A stretch of DNA of 64,000 bases, from contig JAHFBP010000007.1 in NCBI GenBank assembly GCA_023249975.1, positions 12,198 through 76,197 of the forward strand. The letters are read 5' to 3'. This DNA is from a bacterium. GTDB lineage: Bacteria; Babelota; Babeliae; Babelales; GCA-2401785. This document shows, one piece after another, positions 62,471 to 64,000 of this stretch. The translations under genes were made by a program, and so were the position numbers. Position 1 is the first letter of the stretch; each line of letters opens with the position of its first letter. Below the pieces are notes generated by a model. The model had not been told where the DNA came from. It saw nothing but the letters and a program-made list of their open reading frames with translations, and did not search any database.

Positions 62471-63118
62471 ATGAAAAGCCTAAAAATAAGTCTTTATGGT
62501 GCATTAGCGCTCGTTTTCATGGTGCTCGTGATACCAGGAGTCAAGGGAAGCGAAGAAGCACCTGAAATGCTTGAAGCTGAGCAAATCGAAAATCCCAAAA
62601 TCCAACCAAACTTTGCCCGACGTGGCTGGGAAATGGCCAAACGAAACCGTGGCAGTGTTGGATTTTTGACGGGGGCTGGCGCTGGGTTTGCCGCACGAAG
62701 ATATTGGCAAGGTCGAAAACCTCAAGTTGGTCGCAACAACATAAATGAAAGAATGGTATATTTAAATACGACAATTGCTGAACTAAATAAACACATTCAA
62801 ACCCTTACAAAGATTATCCCAACCGAGATTGACGTTATCGATGGAAAAAATTATGCCCGTTACATTTACGCAATTAAATCCGTCAAATCTAATCCAGTGC
62901 ACTTTGATTTTGTTGATAGAGGTAGAGACTTAAAGCCCTCACTGGTTGAGATTAAAACCCTACTTATAAAACTTCATGAGGATTGTTTGAGACAGCGCAC
63001 TGCCCTTTTTGCCATCAAAAAAAAGATGGAGTCTAAAAAACCTGGTGTCCTCGGACAAGCTTTGGATTGGACAAAATCGAAATTTAAAAGAAACCCTTCT
63101 CCTCGTCCAGTCGTATAA
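62471..63118 (+). CDS. Cassette 4: conserved-N/variable-C secreted protein
   Basis: RRGWEMAKRNR..GAGAGFAARRYWQ; stop overlaps the shared 3' module. Confidence 0.8.
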   Translation: MKSLKISLYGALALVFMVLVIPGVKGSEEAPEMLEAEQIENPKIQPNFARRGWEMAKRNRGSVGFLTGAGAGFAARRYWQGRKPQVGRNNINERMVYLNTTIAELNKHIQTLTKIIPTEIDVIDGKNYARYIYAIKSVKSNPVHFDFVDRGRDLKPSLVEIKTLLIKLHEDCLRQRTALFAIKKKMESKKPGVLGQALDWTKSKFKRNPSPRPVV

Positions 63119-63309
63119 TCAAAATAACACTCCGAACTATTCAAAAGAGGCGGATGCGCAAAATCGCATCCGCCTTTTTCTGTTTAAATCTAAAAAAAAC
63201 TATTCAGCGTCCTGCTCAGTTTCCCTTTGCTTGTTCCGCATAAATGCAGGAATATCCAATCTCTTGAAGTCCCAAGCCAAACCTTGCTATATTTCAAATA
63301 GAATTATGC

Positions 63310-63372
63310 GAGATGTCTCAAAAAAGAGATGTCTCAAAAAAGAGATGTCTCAAAAAAGAGATGTCTCAGAAA
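63310..63372 (+). repeat. 16-bp tandem repeat x3 plus one 15-bp variant
   Basis: Directly visible. Confidence 0.95.
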
Positions 63373-63388
63373 GAGATGGAGATATCTC

Positions 63389-64000
63389 GTGAAAAGCCTC
63401 AAAATACGTCTTTTTGGCGCCGCAACCCTTCTTGGCATGATGCTGCTGACATCGGGAATCAATGCAGGAGAATACGCGCCTGAATCCGAAGAAATTGAAA
63501 AGGCCGAACCCTCACAAAGCTTCATGCAACGTGGCTGGCAATATGCCAAAAATAATCCTAAAAAAGCCGCGGTCGGACTTGCCGCAGTAACTGGTACTGG
63601 ATTTGCCGCACGAAGATATATGCAAAATCGACCACAATATTTTGACCTCGGGAATTTCGCACCAAGAGTTACACCTGAAGCATTAGAAGCCCAACAGATA
63701 GAGCAAGAGCAAATTTTATGGGATCTATCAATTGGTATAATACATTTGCAAATGGAAGACTTCACGATCTGGGCAAATATGGCACAGAAGAGAATTGACG
63801 AGGGTGAAGGGCTTCATGGCGATGCGGATACAGTGCCTAAGTATAGGACGTATGTCAACAATATCGCGACTACACTGACGACTCTTCAATCTATGAATTC
63901 TAAAACTATTTTAAAAGAGTATCACAAGCTCAATGAGTCATTGAATCTGGTTCCAATAGGTGCGTATAGCGCCGATCAGGGCAATAGAAATGTGAATATG
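63389..64000 (+). CDS. Cassette 5 (partial, runs off window): conserved-N/variable-C secreted protein
   Basis: GTG start; MKSLKIRLFGAATLLGMMLLTSGINA...QRGWQYAKNNPKKAAVGLAAVTGTGFAARRYMQ; N-terminus near-identical to cassette 1; no stop before the window end. Confidence 0.8.
   Translation, partial: MKSLKIRLFGAATLLGMMLLTSGINAGEYAPESEEIEKAEPSQSFMQRGWQYAKNNPKKAAVGLAAVTGTGFAARRYMQNRPQYFDLGNFAPRVTPEALEAQQIEQEQILWDLSIGIIHLQMEDFTIWANMAQKRIDEGEGLHGDADTVPKYRTYVNNIATTLTTLQSMNSKTILKEYHKLNESLNLVPIGAYSADQGNRNVNM

Noticed and set aside
58165-63372. 16-bp repeats as a CRISPR array
   Set aside because: Units are directly adjacent with no unique spacers, are too short, and no cas genes are present in the window
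58011-64000. Integron, diversity-generating retroelement or polymorphic toxin-immunity locus
   Set aside because: No tyrosine integrase, attC-like sites, reverse transcriptase, adenine-specific template/variable repeat pair or small downstream immunity ORFs are visible in this window

Overview
An AT-rich bacterial chromosome segment, most consistent with an intracellular protist parasite of Candidatus Babeliae (Dependentiae/TM6). That placement is inferred from gene content: archaeal-type ValRS, a split atp operon, and many signal-peptide orphan and LRR proteins. Housekeeping genes (ftsI/ftsL, murG, hisS, valS, ybeY, radA, rpsI, tRNA-Thr, dksA-like, tadA, gyrB, atpE-b'-F-H-A, recD2, ndk, rpsA) alternate with clusters of predicted secreted orphans. 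Four signals stand out. (1) An array of at least 5 modular cassettes at 58.0-64.0 kb: conserved promoter, variable-number 16-bp palindromic 5'-UTR repeat, conserved signal peptide and membrane-anchor N-terminus, and an unrelated C-terminus; three cassettes also share a terminator module. (2) A thymidine kinase cluster with 4 domains in 3 genes, two of which carry Sec-type signal peptides, and with altered active-site residues. (3) A 30-bp element inserted both into a REP-like repeat and, in frame, into a signal peptide. (4) A candidate small RNA with a consensus promoter between gyrB and atpA. All calls come from reading the sequence by eye; no database searches were run.
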